DNA from: Nanobdellati archaeon
Lineage (GTDB): Archaea; EX4484-52; WAPT01
Direction of reading: 5' to 3'
Assembly: GCA_015520605.1 (NCBI GenBank)
Contig: WAPT01000001.1
Span: 14,721 to 78,720, forward strand
DNA length: 64,000 bases
Made by a program: the position numbers and the translations under genes. Position 1 is the stretch's first letter. Every line of letters begins with the position of its first letter. The notes under the pieces were generated by a model. It had not been told where the DNA came from. It saw only the letters and a list, made by a program, of their open reading frames with translations, and ran no database searches. Positions 29,638 through 40,086 of the stretch are shown piece by piece.

Positions 29638-30321
29638 ATGCGCAGAACAAAGATAATATGTACGATAGGTCCGGCATCCCAACACCTCATAGAAGAGTTA
29701 AAACAAGCTGGGATGGATGTTGCAAGGATAAACACTGCATACACCGATGATGTGAATATAGGCTTCAGGGATGTGCTGATTGATGTAAGGCACTGGAGCG
29801 TTCTCGAGAGGCTGGAACTTCCAGAGAATGCCACCATTGCGCTCTCCTTTGTCAGGAGAAGATCATGCTTGGAAAACGCAAGAAAGATTGTTGATCTGCC
29901 AATTTGTGCCAAGATAGAAACAATGGAAGCTATCCAGAACTTGGAGGACATTGTGAAGGAAAGCGACATGATCATGATTGCCAGAGGCGATCTCGGTAAA
30001 GAGTTCGGAATTCATATGGTTCCGATGCTACAGCAGAGAATAATAGAGGTATGCAACCGCTATGACAAGCCATTCATAGTCGCAACGGAAGTACTTAAAT
30101 CCATGGTTAATAACGCTGAGCCAACAAGAGCTGAGGCGGTGGATGTTTTCAATGCTGTGAATGCGGGCGCATGGGGGATCATGCTGGCTGAAGAGACTGC
30201 AATAGGAAATTATCCTGTTGAGACGGCGAGATGGCTCGACGTTCTCATAAGAGCTGCCGAAAACCATAGGGAAGGCGGGTGTTTAGCTTTAAGTTTGCCA
30301 CCGAGATCTCCCACAGGATAA
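29638..30321 (+). CDS. pyk: Pyruvate kinase, barrel domain only
   Basis: RTKIICTIGPAS, ARIN, LSFVR, AKIE, MIARGDLG, ATEVLKSM, PTRAE, MLAEETAIGNYP. Confidence 0.85.
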   Translation: MRRTKIICTIGPASQHLIEELKQAGMDVARINTAYTDDVNIGFRDVLIDVRHWSVLERLELPENATIALSFVRRRSCLENARKIVDLPICAKIETMEAIQNLEDIVKESDMIMIARGDLGKEFGIHMVPMLQQRIIEVCNRYDKPFIVATEVLKSMVNNAEPTRAEAVDVFNAVNAGAWGIMLAEETAIGNYPVETARWLDVLIRAAENHREGGCLALSLPPRSPTG

Positions 30322-30658
30322 CAGGACATTACAAAAAAGACGATTGTGAGCACCCACAAGCCATAGCATGAACGAGATAGCAAAAGTGAAAGGGGATTAC
30401 TCACGACCAATGGTGTTCTAATCAACACAGGTGGATATTTTTGATCGATGATAGGATAATCTGTTATTTTTATACCAGTAAATATTCTTTCTTGGTGAGT
30501 GTTGCATTAAGCTATAAAACCGTTCACCGTCGTGAGGCGATGCGTCCTTTTTCAACTTACCTCCACGGTGATTTAAATTAAACAAGGTGACATATGCAGT
30601 ATTCAATTGATTGATTCCCTATAAATTTAAAAATAATCAGAGAAAAAATCATCCTAGC

Positions 30659-30735
30659 GGGGCGGTAGCTCAGCCTGGGAGAGCGCGCGGCTGAAGACCG
30701 CGGTGTCCGGGGTTCGAATCCCCGCCGCCCCACCA
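30659..30735 (+). tRNA. tRNA-Phe(GAA), CCA encoded
   Basis: Acceptor GGGGCGG/CCGCCCC, anticodon arm CGCGG-CTGAAGA-CCGCG, T-loop TTCGAAT. Confidence 0.96.
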
Positions 30736-30771
30736 TGACTTTAAAAAATTTCTTTCATTCTCTATATTTCC

Positions 30772-31359
30772 ATGGCCGAGAATAAAAGCAGAAAAGAAAG
30801 CAACAAAATAATCGCACATGCTGAACTTCTCGGGACGAGAGTGGTTGTGTGGGATGAAGAAGAAGGAAATAAAATTTACAGTGAGAAATACTTTGGGAAG
30901 TGGATAGAGGAAGAAAAGGTTAAGTTTCTTCAATTAATGCTGGAGGAAGCGATGCTCCTGCTTGAAAGGGGTTTCATCGAAATAAAGGAGAGCGGGAAAG
31001 TTCTTGATGTCCGTGAATTTTACAGGAGATGCTGCGAGATTGATCCGGAACTCCCCTTCAAATACATAGTATATAGGGATCTCAGAAACAGGGGATTCAT
31101 AGTCAAATCTGGCTTTAAGTTTGGTACTCATTTTAGAGTGTATGAGAGAGGTGTGAATCCCTACAAAAGAGGTGAGAAAAGCTCGAGGGAACACACGAAG
31201 TACAATGTTCATGCTGTGCCTGAAAACATAGACTGGAGCCTAGCCGATTTGTCGAGATTCGTTAGGCTTAGCCAGAACATAAGGGCAAAGCCATTGCTCG
31301 CAGTTGTAGATGAAGAGGGAAGCGTAACATATTACATCATAAAGCATGTGAGCCCTTGA
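30772..31359 (+). CDS. endA: tRNA-intron splicing endonuclease (single-unit type)
   Basis: LEEAMLL, VYRDLRNRGFIVKSGFKFGTHFRVY, AVVDEEGSVTYY. Confidence 0.93.
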   Translation: MAENKSRKESNKIIAHAELLGTRVVVWDEEEGNKIYSEKYFGKWIEEEKVKFLQLMLEEAMLLLERGFIEIKESGKVLDVREFYRRCCEIDPELPFKYIVYRDLRNRGFIVKSGFKFGTHFRVYERGVNPYKRGEKSSREHTKYNVHAVPENIDWSLADLSRFVRLSQNIRAKPLLAVVDEEGSVTYYIIKHVSP

Positions 31360-31392
31360 AAAGTTCGTTCATAATCCATTCGTGAGTTAAAC

Positions 31393-31910
31393 TCAAACTT
31401 TCTTTTTGGTTTCTTCCCCGTAAAATTTGTGGTTCAGCTCATTCATAATCTCCAGTTTTGCACCCTCTCCTTTATAAAATTTCAGAAATTTCAATCCTTC
31501 TGGTGGAGATACAGCATCGCCCCTCTCATCATAAATCAGAAGTACGGGAAATTCAAGCTTGTTTATTGCTTCAGCTGAGCTGTACTTCATGCTGTCCTTA
31601 ATGTAATCCTTTGATTGAACGAAATCGTCATACATTAAAGACCTTTCCTCTCAAATTCTTCGAACCACATCCTTGCTCAAAAATCCCTCAGATCGGAAAC
31701 TCTACCCGTTCAGTATACCACACCAACCACATGCCTCATTTTTTGAGACGCAAAGAACGACACGTAAAAACCTTGGCTGTGGCCGATAAGCACACGATTC
31801 TTCCGTTGACTTGTGTTGCAAGAGCCATGGAAATCAAATCTTATGACGTTCAAGCCTTTTAGAGATAAAGAATCATGCAGCCGTGACGAGATGATCAATA
31901 TGATTGTCAC
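31393..31910 (-). pseudogene. Degraded alpha/beta hydrolase
   Basis: Fragments in different frames: GLNVIRFDFHG, IGHSQG (nucleophile elbow), PVLLIYDERGD...LNHKF; appears to have internal deletions. Confidence 0.7.
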
Positions 31911-31913
31911 GGT

Positions 31914-33467
31914 TTATCGATCTCTACCTTTCAGCTCTTCAAAACTTATCTCTCCCTCAATCAGCTTTTCCAAAATGTCTGTAAGCTCATCAATTTTAAC
32001 GCGCACCTGCTCTCTCGTATCCCTGTCCCTGATTGTCACAGTGTTATTCTGCAGCGTATCATAGTCGATGGTCACACAGTATGGTGTGCCTATCTCATCC
32101 TGCCTTGCGTATCTTCGCCCTATACTTCCCTTTTCATCATAGAAAGCCACGAACTTCCTCTTCAGCATTCTATATACTTCCCTTGCCTTCTCCGGCAAAC
32201 CATCTTTAGTCACGAGGGGGAACACCGCCACCTTGTAGGGTGCAAGTTTAGGATGAAGCTTCAGCACAACCCTTCCATCTTCCTCTTCATGATACGCATC
32301 TATTATGAAAACGAGGAATGCTCTATCAACCCCCTGTGATGGCTCAACAACAACATACGGGATAACTTTCTTTTTGCTTTCCTCATCAAAGTAGGTCAGA
32401 TCCTTTCCGCTGAACTTCATATGTTGTTCGAGGTCGAAAGTCGTTCTGTTAGCCATACCGTGTATCTCCTTCCATCCAAATGGAAAATGGTATTCTATAT
32501 CCCAGGTGTCAAGGGCGTAATGACTCCTTTCTTCGGGTAAGTGCTGCCTTATCCTTAACTTTTCTGGATTAACACCCAGATCTATAAACCACTTGCACAT
32601 CTCGTAAAGCCAGTAGACATGCCACTTCGTTTTGATTATCCCCTTCTCAAGCGCTTCCCTAAGCTTCATTTTTCTGTGCTGCTCACCCATTTTTTGCATT
32701 TCAGCGGAGAGCACGTTCATCTCAAAGTCAAGGATCTCGTCTGTCAGATAGGGGCATTCATTTATTTTATCGGGATGTACAAAGTATTCTATCTCCATCT
32801 GCTCAAACTCCCTCATCCTAAATAGAAAGTTTCTTGGGCTTATCTCGTTTCTGTAAGCTCTACCGATCTGCGCTATACCAAATGGGAGCTTCACCCTCGT
32901 GGTTTCAAGGATCAGCTTGAAGTTAACGAATATAAGCTGGGCTGTCTCCGGTCTCAAATACGCTATGCTGCGCTCATCCTCAGTCGGCCCGACAAAGGTC
33001 TTGAACATGAGGTTGAAGGTTCTTGCCTGAGTCAATTCACCACCACATTTCGGGCACTTTAAGTTGTGTTCTTTGATCAGCTGGTTTATCCTCTCAAGGC
33101 TTATGCCATCAACCGCAATTCCGAGAGCATCCTCAATCAAGTGGTCTGCCCTGTGCCTCGTGTGGCATTTTTTGCACTCAACAAGAGGATCAACGAAACA
33201 TTCGACGTGGCCCGAAGCTCTCCACACCATTGGATGGTTGATGGTGCACGCATCCATCCCAACGACGTCGTCACGCTGCCTAACAAATCTGTTCCACCAC
33301 TCATCCTTTATGTTCTTTTTAAGTTCCGCTCCAAGCGGGCCGTAGTCGTAAAAACCAGCAAACCCTCCATAGATCTCACAGGAGGGATAAACAAAACCCT
33401 TCCTCTTGCAGAAGGTTGCTATCTTCTGTATAAATGATTTCATCTCTTTTTCGTTGACGTCCGGCAT
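31914..33467 (-). CDS. glyS: Glycine--tRNA ligase (alpha2 type)
   Basis: YDYGPLG, YLRPETAQ, RNEISPR, REFEQMEIE, GSIGRRYARQDEIGTP. Confidence 0.97.
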   Translation of the reverse strand: MPDVNEKEMKSFIQKIATFCKRKGFVYPSCEIYGGFAGFYDYGPLGAELKKNIKDEWWNRFVRQRDDVVGMDACTINHPMVWRASGHVECFVDPLVECKKCHTRHRADHLIEDALGIAVDGISLERINQLIKEHNLKCPKCGGELTQARTFNLMFKTFVGPTEDERSIAYLRPETAQLIFVNFKLILETTRVKLPFGIAQIGRAYRNEISPRNFLFRMREFEQMEIEYFVHPDKINECPYLTDEILDFEMNVLSAEMQKMGEQHRKMKLREALEKGIIKTKWHVYWLYEMCKWFIDLGVNPEKLRIRQHLPEERSHYALDTWDIEYHFPFGWKEIHGMANRTTFDLEQHMKFSGKDLTYFDEESKKKVIPYVVVEPSQGVDRAFLVFIIDAYHEEEDGRVVLKLHPKLAPYKVAVFPLVTKDGLPEKAREVYRMLKRKFVAFYDEKGSIGRRYARQDEIGTPYCVTIDYDTLQNNTVTIRDRDTREQVRVKIDELTDILEKLIEGEISFEELKGRDR

Positions 33468-33571
33468 GTTTCTCCTCCCTGATTCTCTACGAGGATTCAT
33501 CATATTGAATATCTTTAAATTTAAAAAACTGCAAATAATTATCGGGAAATGCCTGGAGGAGCGTGTTGATC

Positions 33572-34291
33572 ATGCAGTACAGGATAATCTCGAAACCGTC
33601 ATACAGTCTTGTCGAATTATATCTGAATGGCGGGGAGGAGGTTATAGCGGAAGCCGGGGCTATGGCATACATGAAGAACGTGGATATAATAACAGAGACA
33701 AGAGGGATCGGTGGTGCTTTAAAGAGGAGTCTGCTCGGTGGGGAGAGCTTCTTTCTGAACAGATTCAGGTGTAATGATTCCACAGGACTTGTTGGGCTCG
33801 CTCCGCGCTTCCCAGGGGATGTTGAGATCGTTGAGATGAACAACAGCACGCTCTACGTTCAGAGCGGCTCCTTTCTTGCTGGGGCGCCAACGATCAACAT
33901 CGACACAAAATGGAGCGGAGCGAAAGGGTTCTTCAGCGGGGAGGGGATTTTCCTTCTGAAGATCACCGGGAATGGAGGGATTTTTCTATCATCTTTTGGC
34001 GGGATAGAGAGGATCGATCTGCAGGGAGATGAAATAACGGTTGACACGGGGCACATAGTCGCCTTTACGGACGGGTTGGAGTGGAGTGTTGGAAAAGCTG
34101 GAAATCTCAAATCTTTCCTCTTTAGCGGGGAGGGACTTGTGGCAAGGTTCAGGGGGGTGGGCAGCATCTGGATTCAGACAAGAACATTAGATTCCTTCCT
34201 TGAGTACATTGCCACGCGCATCCATAAAGACAGCGGCAAATCCGCGATCGCCCTCGGATTGCTCGGGGGAATCCTCAAGGCAAGGGAATGA
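33572..34291 (+). CDS. AIM24 / TIGR00266 family protein
   Basis: AEAGAM, LGGESFF, FSGEG, VDTGHIVAF, IWIQTR. Confidence 0.9.
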   Translation: MQYRIISKPSYSLVELYLNGGEEVIAEAGAMAYMKNVDIITETRGIGGALKRSLLGGESFFLNRFRCNDSTGLVGLAPRFPGDVEIVEMNNSTLYVQSGSFLAGAPTINIDTKWSGAKGFFSGEGIFLLKITGNGGIFLSSFGGIERIDLQGDEITVDTGHIVAFTDGLEWSVGKAGNLKSFLFSGEGLVARFRGVGSIWIQTRTLDSFLEYIATRIHKDSGKSAIALGLLGGILKARE

Positions 34292-34355
34292 TAACAATTT
34301 AAAAACGTGCCAGACTTATCTTTCAGAGTAATGAGTCCAATTGTGGTGCTGCTGA

Positions 34356-35453
34356 ATGGTGAAGCTTGATCCCTGGGGGTCAGCGCAGATAGAAAGCTAT
34401 GAAAGGCTGATGAGAGAGTTCGGCATACTGCCGTTCAGCGATGTGTTAAATAAAGTTGTTGACCCACATCCTTATATGAGAAGGGGCATAATTTACGGTC
34501 ACAGAGATTTTGAAAGGATTCTCGATGCCATGAAAAAAGGTAAAGGCTATGCGATGATGACGGGATTCATGCCTTCTGGCAAGCCCCACCTTGGACATAA
34601 AATGGTGATGAACCAGATAGTGTGGTACCAGAAGCGCAAAGCCATACTTTATGTTTGTGTGGCGGACATAGAAGCGTACACGGTAAGGAGGATTGACAGG
34701 AACAAGTGTGTTAACTTCGGCCTCGAATATCTGTCTTATCTTGTGGCAAGCGGGCTTGAGCTTGATGATAACACTGTCATTTACTTCCAGAGCGCGAAAA
34801 ATGCTGGCTATCACGCCTTCAGCAAGCTTGCCGCAAGAAAGGTGACGTTCAACGAGCTTGAAGCGATATACGGAACGCTAACTCCGGGCAAGATAGTCTC
34901 AGCACTGACTCAAGTTGCTGATATCCTACTTCCACAGCTTGAGCATGGACCGATACCCACTGTCGTGCCCGTAGGTTCGGATCAGGATCCGCACATAAGG
35001 CTCACAAGGGACATAGCATCCCGCTTTAAAGCCGAATACCGGTTCATCTTACCATCATCCACCTACCACAAGTTCCAGACAGGACTTGATGGAGGGAAGA
35101 TGAGCTCCTCAAAGCCATCATCTTACATAGCTCTAAATGAGCGTGAGGAGGAGATAAGGAAGAAAATTATGAATGCTTTTACCGGAGGGAGAGTAACGCT
35201 TGAGGAGCAAAAAAGGCTTGGGGGTAATCCCGAAATCTGCACAGTCTTCGAGCTCTTTGCCTACCACCTTGAAATGGACGATAAGGCCTTAGAGGAAATC
35301 TACAGGTCATGTAAAGAAGGCAGGAGGCTCTGTGGCCCGTGTAAAAAAGAATGTATAGAAAAGCTCGTTGAGATGCTCCACACTCTCAATGAGAAAAAGG
35401 AAGAAGCGATGGAAAGAGTAAAGGAATTTGTGGTGCTGCCCGATGGAGCTTGA
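34356..35453 (+). CDS. trpS: Tryptophan--tRNA ligase
   Basis: LDPWG, PSGKPHLGH, PVGSDQDPH, KMSSS. Confidence 0.96.
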   Translation: MVKLDPWGSAQIESYERLMREFGILPFSDVLNKVVDPHPYMRRGIIYGHRDFERILDAMKKGKGYAMMTGFMPSGKPHLGHKMVMNQIVWYQKRKAILYVCVADIEAYTVRRIDRNKCVNFGLEYLSYLVASGLELDDNTVIYFQSAKNAGYHAFSKLAARKVTFNELEAIYGTLTPGKIVSALTQVADILLPQLEHGPIPTVVPVGSDQDPHIRLTRDIASRFKAEYRFILPSSTYHKFQTGLDGGKMSSSKPSSYIALNEREEEIRKKIMNAFTGGRVTLEEQKRLGGNPEICTVFELFAYHLEMDDKALEEIYRSCKEGRRLCGPCKKECIEKLVEMLHTLNEKKEEAMERVKEFVVLPDGA

Positions 35454-36930
35454 GAGAAATGAAGCGCTGGTGTTGAAGGCTATAGTGGATGGACATGAAT
35501 ACAGTCTTGGAGAGCTTGTTGAAAAGACTCGCCTCGCTTTGCCTGCTGTGGTTAAAGCTATTGAGGGTCTGAAAAAGTATGGACTTGTGAGCGTAAGGGA
35601 AGAAAAAAGTTCTGAGTATAGTCTCACAAATGAGGGAGAACTCTCCTTGAGGGAGGGACTCGTTGAAAGAAAACTCGTTAGGGAGCTTATTGACGCTGGA
35701 GGTAACAAAAAGGTGGAAGATATTGAAACCCAACCAAAGGAAGTGGCGATTGGATGGGCAATAAGGAAGGGGTGGGTGAGAATTGAAGGTGAGGGAAAAG
35801 AGAAAAGTGTTGTTCTCACCGACAAAGGCAAGGAGCATGCCGAAACTCCGGACGAGATGGAGCTTGCACTTGAAAAAATAAGGAAAGGTGAGGATGTTGA
35901 CAGAAAAATCTTGGAAATGCTTAGAAAAAGAGGGCTTATAGAGCTGGAGGAAAAAGTGGAGAGGTTCGTCAGGATAACAGGGAGGGGTGCGGAAAAAGCG
36001 AGGGAAATAAAGGAAATTAAGGAAGAGATCACCGCTTTAACTCCCGAAATAATAAGGACAGGTAAGTGGAAGCACGCTGAAATAAAGAGGTATGATGTTA
36101 AGGATCCTGTTCGTGAAATTTATCCTGCCAAAAAGCAACCTTACAGGGCTTTTCTTGATGAGGTAAAAAGAAAGCTTGTATCGATGGGTTTCAAGGAGAT
36201 GGAAGGTCCCCTCATAGAGCTTGAATTCTGGAATTTCGATGCGCTTTTCCAGCCCCAAAATCACCCAGCAAGAACGTGGACTGATACATACAGGCTGAAA
36301 TATCCCAGCCACGGTAGGCTTCCATCCAAGAAACTGGTGGAGAGGGTCAAAAAAACTCATGAAAATGGCTGGAAGACTGGCTCGAAAGGGTGGGGATACA
36401 AATGGAGTGAGGAAATAGCGAGCAGGCTGATGCCGAGAGCACAAGGTACAGCGCTTTCTGCAAGAACTCTCGCCTCTCTTCCGGAGATTCCCGGCAAGTA
36501 TTTTGCGATAGCGAGGTGTTACAGACCGGATAAGCTTGATGCCACCCATCTAATTGAGTTCAATCAGGTGGAAGGGATAGTTATAGGGAAGGGTCTGAAC
36601 TTCAGGCACATTCTTGGCATCCTGAAGAAGTTTGCTGTGGAGGTGGCAAGAGCTGAAGACGTGAGATTTTATCCCGATTATTACCCCTTCACCGAGCCAT
36701 CCGTTCAGCTCTCAGCCAAGCATCCTGAGCTAGGCTGGGTTGAGCTGGGAGGAGCGGGGATCTTCAGGGAGGAGGTCACAAAGCCTCTCGGAATCGATGT
36801 GCCGGTAATCGCCTGTGGGTTGGGCATTGACAGGCTCGCAATGTTCAAACTTGGCATAAGAGATATAAGGTATCTTTTCAGCTACGACCTCAAATGGATA
36901 AGAAAGCACAGCTCGATCATAACCCTTTGA
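35443..36930 (+). CDS. pheS: Phenylalanine--tRNA ligase alpha subunit
   Basis: WNFDALFQPQNHPAR, DATHLIEFNQVEG, YPFTEPS, GIDRLAM. Confidence 0.97.
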   Translation: MELERNEALVLKAIVDGHEYSLGELVEKTRLALPAVVKAIEGLKKYGLVSVREEKSSEYSLTNEGELSLREGLVERKLVRELIDAGGNKKVEDIETQPKEVAIGWAIRKGWVRIEGEGKEKSVVLTDKGKEHAETPDEMELALEKIRKGEDVDRKILEMLRKRGLIELEEKVERFVRITGRGAEKAREIKEIKEEITALTPEIIRTGKWKHAEIKRYDVKDPVREIYPAKKQPYRAFLDEVKRKLVSMGFKEMEGPLIELEFWNFDALFQPQNHPARTWTDTYRLKYPSHGRLPSKKLVERVKKTHENGWKTGSKGWGYKWSEEIASRLMPRAQGTALSARTLASLPEIPGKYFAIARCYRPDKLDATHLIEFNQVEGIVIGKGLNFRHILGILKKFAVEVARAEDVRFYPDYYPFTEPSVQLSAKHPELGWVELGGAGIFREEVTKPLGIDVPVIACGLGIDRLAMFKLGIRDIRYLFSYDLKWIRKHSSIITL

Positions 36931-36950
36931 GCTTGAAGGGTGGTTGGTTT

Positions 36951-38627
36951 ATGCCTACAATAGAGGTAAAGAGGGATGATCTTGAAAGCCTTATAGGTAG
37001 GAAAGCTTCAAGCATCGAGGAACTGGAAGAGTGGCTGATGTGGGCGAAAGCAGAACTTGATGGTGTAGATGACAACATTCTCAAGGTTGATGTGAAGGAC
37101 ACGAACCGCCCGGATTTATGGAGTGTGGAGGGTATAGCGAGGGAGATAAAGGGAAGGCTGAAAATAGAGAGAGGTCTTCCACAGTACAGAGTTGAAAGTA
37201 GTGATGTTGAGGTTTTTGTGGATAAGAAGCTTAAGGACATCAGGCCAGCCATAGCATGTGCCATAGTTAAGGGTGTGGATCTCGATGATGAGGCCATAAG
37301 GCAACTCATGCAGCTTCAGGAAAAGATACACCACACCTTCGGGAGAAGAAGGGAGTACGTTGCGATTGGTGTTTCTAATTTCGATAAGATAAGTCCGCCC
37401 ATATATTATAAGGCCGTAAAGCCGAAGGAGATAAAATTCCCTCCGCTGGGATATGATGAGGAGATGACGCCTGCGGAGATTCTGGAAAAACATCCTAAGG
37501 GGCAGGAATACGGCCACCTCATAAACGGATTTTCACGCTATCCCATACTTGTTGATTCAAAGGGAGAAGTTATCTCGATGCCTCCGATAATAAACTCAAA
37601 CACGATAGGGAAAGTTGATGAGCACACCAGAAATCTGTTTATAGATGTTACAGGGCTGAGATATGAGGATGTTCTCACGGCTCTCAACGTTATGGTGACC
37701 GTGCTCGCTGATAGAGGGGGCAGGATACACTCTGTCGTTATTCATAGTCCAGACGGAGATATAACAACTCCAGACCTCACCCCAAAGGAGGTGGTGGTGG
37801 ATGCTAACAAAGTGAGGGAGATACTGGGTGTTGAGATTTCGGATCATGAAATAGTTGAGCTCCTGAAGGATGCGAGGTATGATGCAGAAGTTGCTACGGA
37901 GGGCAAAATTGTTGCGAGGTATCTCCCCACAAGGAACGACATTCTTCACTGGAGGGATGTTGCAGAGGATGTTGCAATAAGCTTTGGTTACAACGACTTC
38001 CTGCCGGAAGAGGTCAGAATAGGAACAACGGGCGAGCTGAGCAGGAGGGAGCTTCTATCTGATAAGATAAGGGAGCTGATGATAGGCTACGGGCTGCAGG
38101 AGGTGATGACATTCACCCTCACCAACAAGGATGTGCTCTTCAAAAAGATGAACAGGAAGGAGGAAGATGTGGTGAAGATCGCAAACCCCGTATCCTCCAG
38201 CTGGACAACAATTAGGAACGCAATACTGCCCTGTCTCATTGAATTTTTATCACGAAACACTCATGTTGAATATCCCCAGCGTGTATTTGAGGTGGGAGAG
38301 GTTGTTGTAATAGATCCAAGTGATAAGGAAAGCGGCACGAGGACCAAAAGACATCTTGCAATAGCCATAGCCTCAAGTACGGCATCCTTCACCGAAATAA
38401 AGGAGATCGTTGATTCATTCGCAAAGCAGCTCAAACTCTCGTTCGATTACGAGGAGACCGAGGATGGTGCTTTTCTGGAAGGGAGACGCGCAGCAATAAT
38501 GCTTGAAGGAAAAAGGATAGGAGTTATGGGCGAGGTGCACCCCGCCGTGCTGAACAACTGGGATATCGAAATGCCGATGGTAGCAGCTGAGATTGATCTG
38601 GAGGAGATCTTTAGGGTTCTGAAGTAG
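36951..38627 (+). CDS. pheT: Phenylalanine--tRNA ligase beta subunit
   Basis: NRPDLWSVEGIAR, MPPIINS, RNDILH..DVAEDVAI, GEVHP. Confidence 0.97.
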   Translation: MPTIEVKRDDLESLIGRKASSIEELEEWLMWAKAELDGVDDNILKVDVKDTNRPDLWSVEGIAREIKGRLKIERGLPQYRVESSDVEVFVDKKLKDIRPAIACAIVKGVDLDDEAIRQLMQLQEKIHHTFGRRREYVAIGVSNFDKISPPIYYKAVKPKEIKFPPLGYDEEMTPAEILEKHPKGQEYGHLINGFSRYPILVDSKGEVISMPPIINSNTIGKVDEHTRNLFIDVTGLRYEDVLTALNVMVTVLADRGGRIHSVVIHSPDGDITTPDLTPKEVVVDANKVREILGVEISDHEIVELLKDARYDAEVATEGKIVARYLPTRNDILHWRDVAEDVAISFGYNDFLPEEVRIGTTGELSRRELLSDKIRELMIGYGLQEVMTFTLTNKDVLFKKMNRKEEDVVKIANPVSSSWTTIRNAILPCLIEFLSRNTHVEYPQRVFEVGEVVVIDPSDKESGTRTKRHLAIAIASSTASFTEIKEIVDSFAKQLKLSFDYEETEDGAFLEGRRAAIMLEGKRIGVMGEVHPAVLNNWDIEMPMVAAEIDLEEIFRVLK

Positions 38628-38635
38628 TAAAAAGC

Positions 38636-38848
38636 TCATTCATTCATCATTTTTCCTCGGGACTTAGAAGAGCTCTTACCATTCGGAAGCACATCCTGAA
38701 GTGCTTTCAAAAGCTCCTCAGCCTGATGAATATCGAGAAACACTCTGCAGGAATCTCCGAACTGGATCACATAATCATACCTCATACCGTTGTACTTTCT
38801 CACCACCACCTTATCAACATTGTCGAGAAGCACTGAACCTCTAAACAT
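38636..38848 (-). CDS. Small hypothetical protein
   Basis: 70-aa ORF with RBS-like GGGGA upstream, filling an intergenic gap. Confidence 0.6.
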   Translation of the reverse strand: MFRGSVLLDNVDKVVVRKYNGMRYDYVIQFGDSCRVFLDIHQAEELLKALQDVLPNGKSSSKSRGKMMNE

Positions 38849-38936
38849 GGATTATCCCCGCAGTTAGGAAGGAAGCGTGCAAAAATTATTAAAGATTCCT
38901 TCAGGCTATGTGCTACGCTTGTGTGGTTATTGTGTC

Positions 38937-40001
38937 TTACTCCATCCTTCCTTTGTCCAAGATGTGCATAAGCTCATCGAGAGGTATCCTTGCGATACAC
39001 GCAAAGGAATCTGCTGCTCCGTAGGAAATCAGAATGCTGTCATCAACTTTAACGGCTCCGCAAGGGAAGATGGTGAGGGAATTATCGCCGAAGAGTTCGT
39101 AGGGCTCACGCGGGCTCATTATGTAAAAAGGTGTGATCGCCTCCACTTCCATATTATTTCTGTTCATTAACATCGCGAACACGCTGTATCTCTCCAACTC
39201 CCTCTCCACCGCATGAAGAAAGATCAGGAGCTTCCCGTCAATTTCAAGCGGAGGTGTTCCCCACCCGACCTTGTCCTCAAACCTCTCCTGCAGCAGTATT
39301 TCTCGAGTGTTCTTAACTTCAATCTCCTTTAGCCCTGAAGAGTTGAAATCGATTCCATCAACACCGCTCACTAACATGGAAAATCTACCCCTAAGATCGT
39401 GGGCTCTGTGAAAGAACATTACACCGTCTTTACTTCTCACAAAAAATGCATTTTTGTTGGACACAATACCAAGCTTTCTCGTTGATTCCTCCCCGAAATC
39501 GGTTGCGAATTTTTTCACCCATTCACCTTTCTCGAGTACTGCGGTAACCGGTATTGTTCTTCTAAGGGCTCCCCGAATAAAATAATTGTGAGTCCTGCCC
39601 GTGTAGGTCATTAGGAGTTTGTTGTCCATCCAGTAAACCCTTGGATCCTCAGCACCCATCACATCGTATTTGGTGTTCGGGTAGGTTACGATTTTTGCCC
39701 TCCATTTATCTCCGTTCTTTTCTTTTTGGTCTAGCTCAACAATCCCGCTGACGTATCTGTAGTAGCCAATAACAACCCTCGCATATATTTTGAGGGCATC
39801 ATCCACAAGGACTACGGATGGGTTGAATATTGCTGCGGGTCTGGAAACGGGGAAGTTTTCTATCACAACTTTTTCAGAAGAGATCACAACCTCCCTTTTG
39901 GCTATATCTTTAGTTGTGTTTTCCCTTCTACCTCTTAAATCCAGAAAGGTGGGGAATGCGGATCCGGGAGTGCTTCCATCTTCAGCTTTTAGCCCTCCCA
40001 T
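38937..40001 (-). CDS. GH130 family glycoside phosphorylase/hydrolase (start uncertain)
   Basis: IFNPS, GAEDPRV, KNAFF, KVGWG.PP, IFPCGA, SYGAAD. Confidence 0.88.
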   Translation of the reverse strand: MGGLKAEDGSTPGSAFPTFLDLRGRRENTTKDIAKREVVISSEKVVIENFPVSRPAAIFNPSVVLVDDALKIYARVVIGYYRYVSGIVELDQKEKNGDKWRAKIVTYPNTKYDVMGAEDPRVYWMDNKLLMTYTGRTHNYFIRGALRRTIPVTAVLEKGEWVKKFATDFGEESTRKLGIVSNKNAFFVRSKDGVMFFHRAHDLRGRFSMLVSGVDGIDFNSSGLKEIEVKNTREILLQERFEDKVGWGTPPLEIDGKLLIFLHAVERELERYSVFAMLMNRNNMEVEAITPFYIMSPREPYELFGDNSLTIFPCGAVKVDDSILISYGAADSFACIARIPLDELMHILDKGRME

Positions 40002-40086
40002 CCTATCCACGCTTCCATAGCCATAATTATTGTTATAATTTCGTGCACAATATGCTGTACACGAACGTGTTTTGCACACCACCGGA

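Noticed and set aside
30322-30650. Short minus-strand ORFs between pyk and tRNA-Phe
   Set aside because: Possibly a decayed gene, but no recognisable motif
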